Under the pieces are notes generated by a model, which was not told where the DNA came from, did not search any database, and saw only the letters and a program-made list of their open reading frames with translations. This document shows, in pieces, positions 5,177-5,661 of a stretch of 5,661 bases of DNA. The DNA is from a virus: positions 1 to 5,661 of IMG/VR virus record IMGVR_UViG_3300045988_003155, one strand, 5' to 3'. A program made the position numbers and the translations under genes. Position 1 is the stretch's first letter. Each line of letters starts with the position of its first letter.

Positions 5177-5352
5177 TGTTGAAATGTTGAATACTATGAA
5201 TTTTTATCCGCAGAACGATATTTTCTGGTTAATTTTGATGTTGAAAGTTTTGTGGAAAACTTGTTGAATTGTTGAAAGTGTAGCAATATGCACAAAACCA
5301 TTTGTGCAACTTTTTGTGGAAAACCTGTTGAAAGTGTTGAAAGTGTTGAAAA
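5177..5352 (+). repeat. Iteron array: 8 same-orientation TGTTGAA copies, including a 3 x 9-bp tandem (TGTTGAAAG TGTTGAAAG TGTTGAAAA, 5326-5352)
   Basis: TGTTGAA starts at 5177, 5185, 5239, 5262, 5270, 5326, 5335 and 5344. The exact 9-mer TGTTGAAAG starts at 5239, 5270, 5326 and 5335. One-mismatch copies TGTGGAA start at 5251 and 5315. A longer unit TTTTGTGGAAAAC[T/C]TGTTGAA occurs at 5248-5268 and 5312-5332 (20/21 identical). Confidence 0.9.
5289..5308. other. Perfect 8-bp hairpin TGCACAAA-ACCA-TTTGTGCA between the two 21-nt iteron units
   Basis: 5289-5296 is the exact reverse complement of 5301-5308, with the 4-nt loop ACCA. Confidence 0.85.
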
Positions 5353-5391
5353 CGCAATTAAAGGCAGTTCGGCAGCTGGCCGGAAAGTCAC

Positions 5392-5447
5392 GTCATGCTC
5401 TTCGTACGGCGCACCGCGCCTAGCGCATGACCTTTTAGATTAAAAGG
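5392..5447. other. Cluster of nested/adjacent hairpins, GC-rich then AT-rich
   Basis: GTCATGC (5392-5398) pairs with GCATGAC (5425-5431) and encloses GGCGC (5408-5412)/GCGCC (5416-5420), loop ACC. This is followed by CCTTTTA (5431-5437)/TAAAAGG (5441-5447), loop GAT. Confidence 0.7.
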
Positions 5448-5522
5448 AAAATGTTACACGGTGCTTGAATGGACAAACCTTAAGAACGGAGATGCAAAAC
5501 AATTCGATTGGGGAAAATGCAC

Positions 5523-5553
5523 AAAAGAGGCTTGACGAGCCTCTTTTTTTTTT
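5523..5553 (+). terminator. Rho-independent terminator (10-bp stem plus T10), potentially bidirectional
   Basis: AAAAGAGGCT (5523-5532) pairs perfectly with AGCCTCTTTT (5538-5547) across the loop TGACG, and the T run extends to 5553 (10 T). The A4 on the 5' side gives the same architecture on the opposite strand. Confidence 0.75.
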
Positions 5554-5560
5554 ATATACT
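5532..5560 (+). promoter_or_regulatory. Sigma70-type promoter: -35 TTGACG (5532-5537), 17-nt spacer, -10 TATACT (5555-5560; duplicated at 13-18)
   Basis: Each hexamer matches its consensus (TTGACA, TATAAT) at 5 of 6 positions, with the optimal 17-nt spacing. The predicted start is near 5567 (=25), giving a leader of about 180 nt before the first ATG ORF at 207. This is sequence inspection only. Confidence 0.5.
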
Positions 5561-5661
5561 AAAGGCAGTCAAACAGCACAGAAGTGCATTCAACAAACCC
5601 TATTTTTACAAAAATAACTTTACGAAAGAGGTGAACCACTCTGACCATCCAAGAAATCAAA
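5543..5661. repeat. Terminal direct repeat, copy B (identical to 1-119)
   Basis: Same alignment as copy A. The repeat runs to the last base of the window, as expected when a circle is linearised with a k-mer-sized overlap. Confidence 0.95.

Larger units (their letters stand above)
1..5542 (+). other. Complete circular Microviridae (Gokushovirinae-like) genome unit, 5,542 nt
   Basis: The exact 119-nt terminal redundancy implies circularity. The full microvirus core gene set (VP1, VP2, VP3, VP4 plus small accessory ORFs) lies on one strand. The size fits the 4.4-6.3 kb range of the family. Confidence 0.85.

Noticed and set aside
5326-5352. CRISPR-like array
   Set aside because: The repeats are 9 bp and directly abutting, with no spacers. 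This is far below CRISPR repeat and spacer sizes. It is a tandem iteron array.
5194-5391. Antisense 65-aa ORF spanning the iteron region (MTFRPAAELPLIAFSTLSTLSTGF...)
   Set aside because: It starts at a GTG. Its repetitive STLSTLST/FSTKLST content is simply the 9-bp repeats read in frame. In Microviridae all known genes are encoded in the sense of the packaged strand, and every recognisable gene here is on +. It is open because the repeat period is a multiple of 3, not because of coding constraint.
5492-5617. 41-aa + strand ORF (MQNNSIGENAQKRLDEPLFFLYTKGSQ...) crossing the genome junction
   Set aside because: It reads straight through the 10-bp/T10 terminator and the predicted promoter. Its GGAG abuts the ATG with zero spacing, and the FFL segment is just the T10 tract. 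It is most likely fortuitous.

Overview
The window is one complete, circularly permuted genome of a small ssDNA phage (family Microviridae, Gokushovirinae-like). Bases 1-119 are repeated exactly at 5543-5661, so the non-redundant unit is 5,542 nt. The repeat is most simply an assembly overlap of a circular molecule. All credible genes are on the + strand, in an order colinear with phiX174/gokushoviruses. They are a 75-aa orphan protein, a 39-aa highly basic J/ORF8-like protein, an untracked 26-aa hydrophobic micro-ORF, a VP5-like small protein, VP3 internal scaffold, VP1 major capsid, VP2 DNA pilot and VP4 HUH rolling-circle initiator. Gene junctions are tightly coupled (ATGA at 1338-1341, TAATG at 3996-4000) and most starts have strong GGAGG-type Shine-Dalgarno sites. 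I see no tRNA, CRISPR array, integrase, toxin or recognisable defence/anti-defence cassette, and no evidence for a novel multi-gene system. The unusual part is a gene-poor segment of about 731 nt (5018-5542 plus 1-206, about 13% of the genome). It holds a strong terminator, an alternating GC purine-pyrimidine tract, trinucleotide low-complexity blocks, at least 8 same-orientation TGTTGAA iterons around a perfect hairpin, nested GC hairpins, and a terminator that physically overlaps a near-consensus sigma70-type promoter. A second structured element, a triple CCTCAGCTGA palindrome plus a GC hairpin, fills the VP1-VP2 spacer. All functional assignments rest on remembered family motifs and on synteny, not on database searches.
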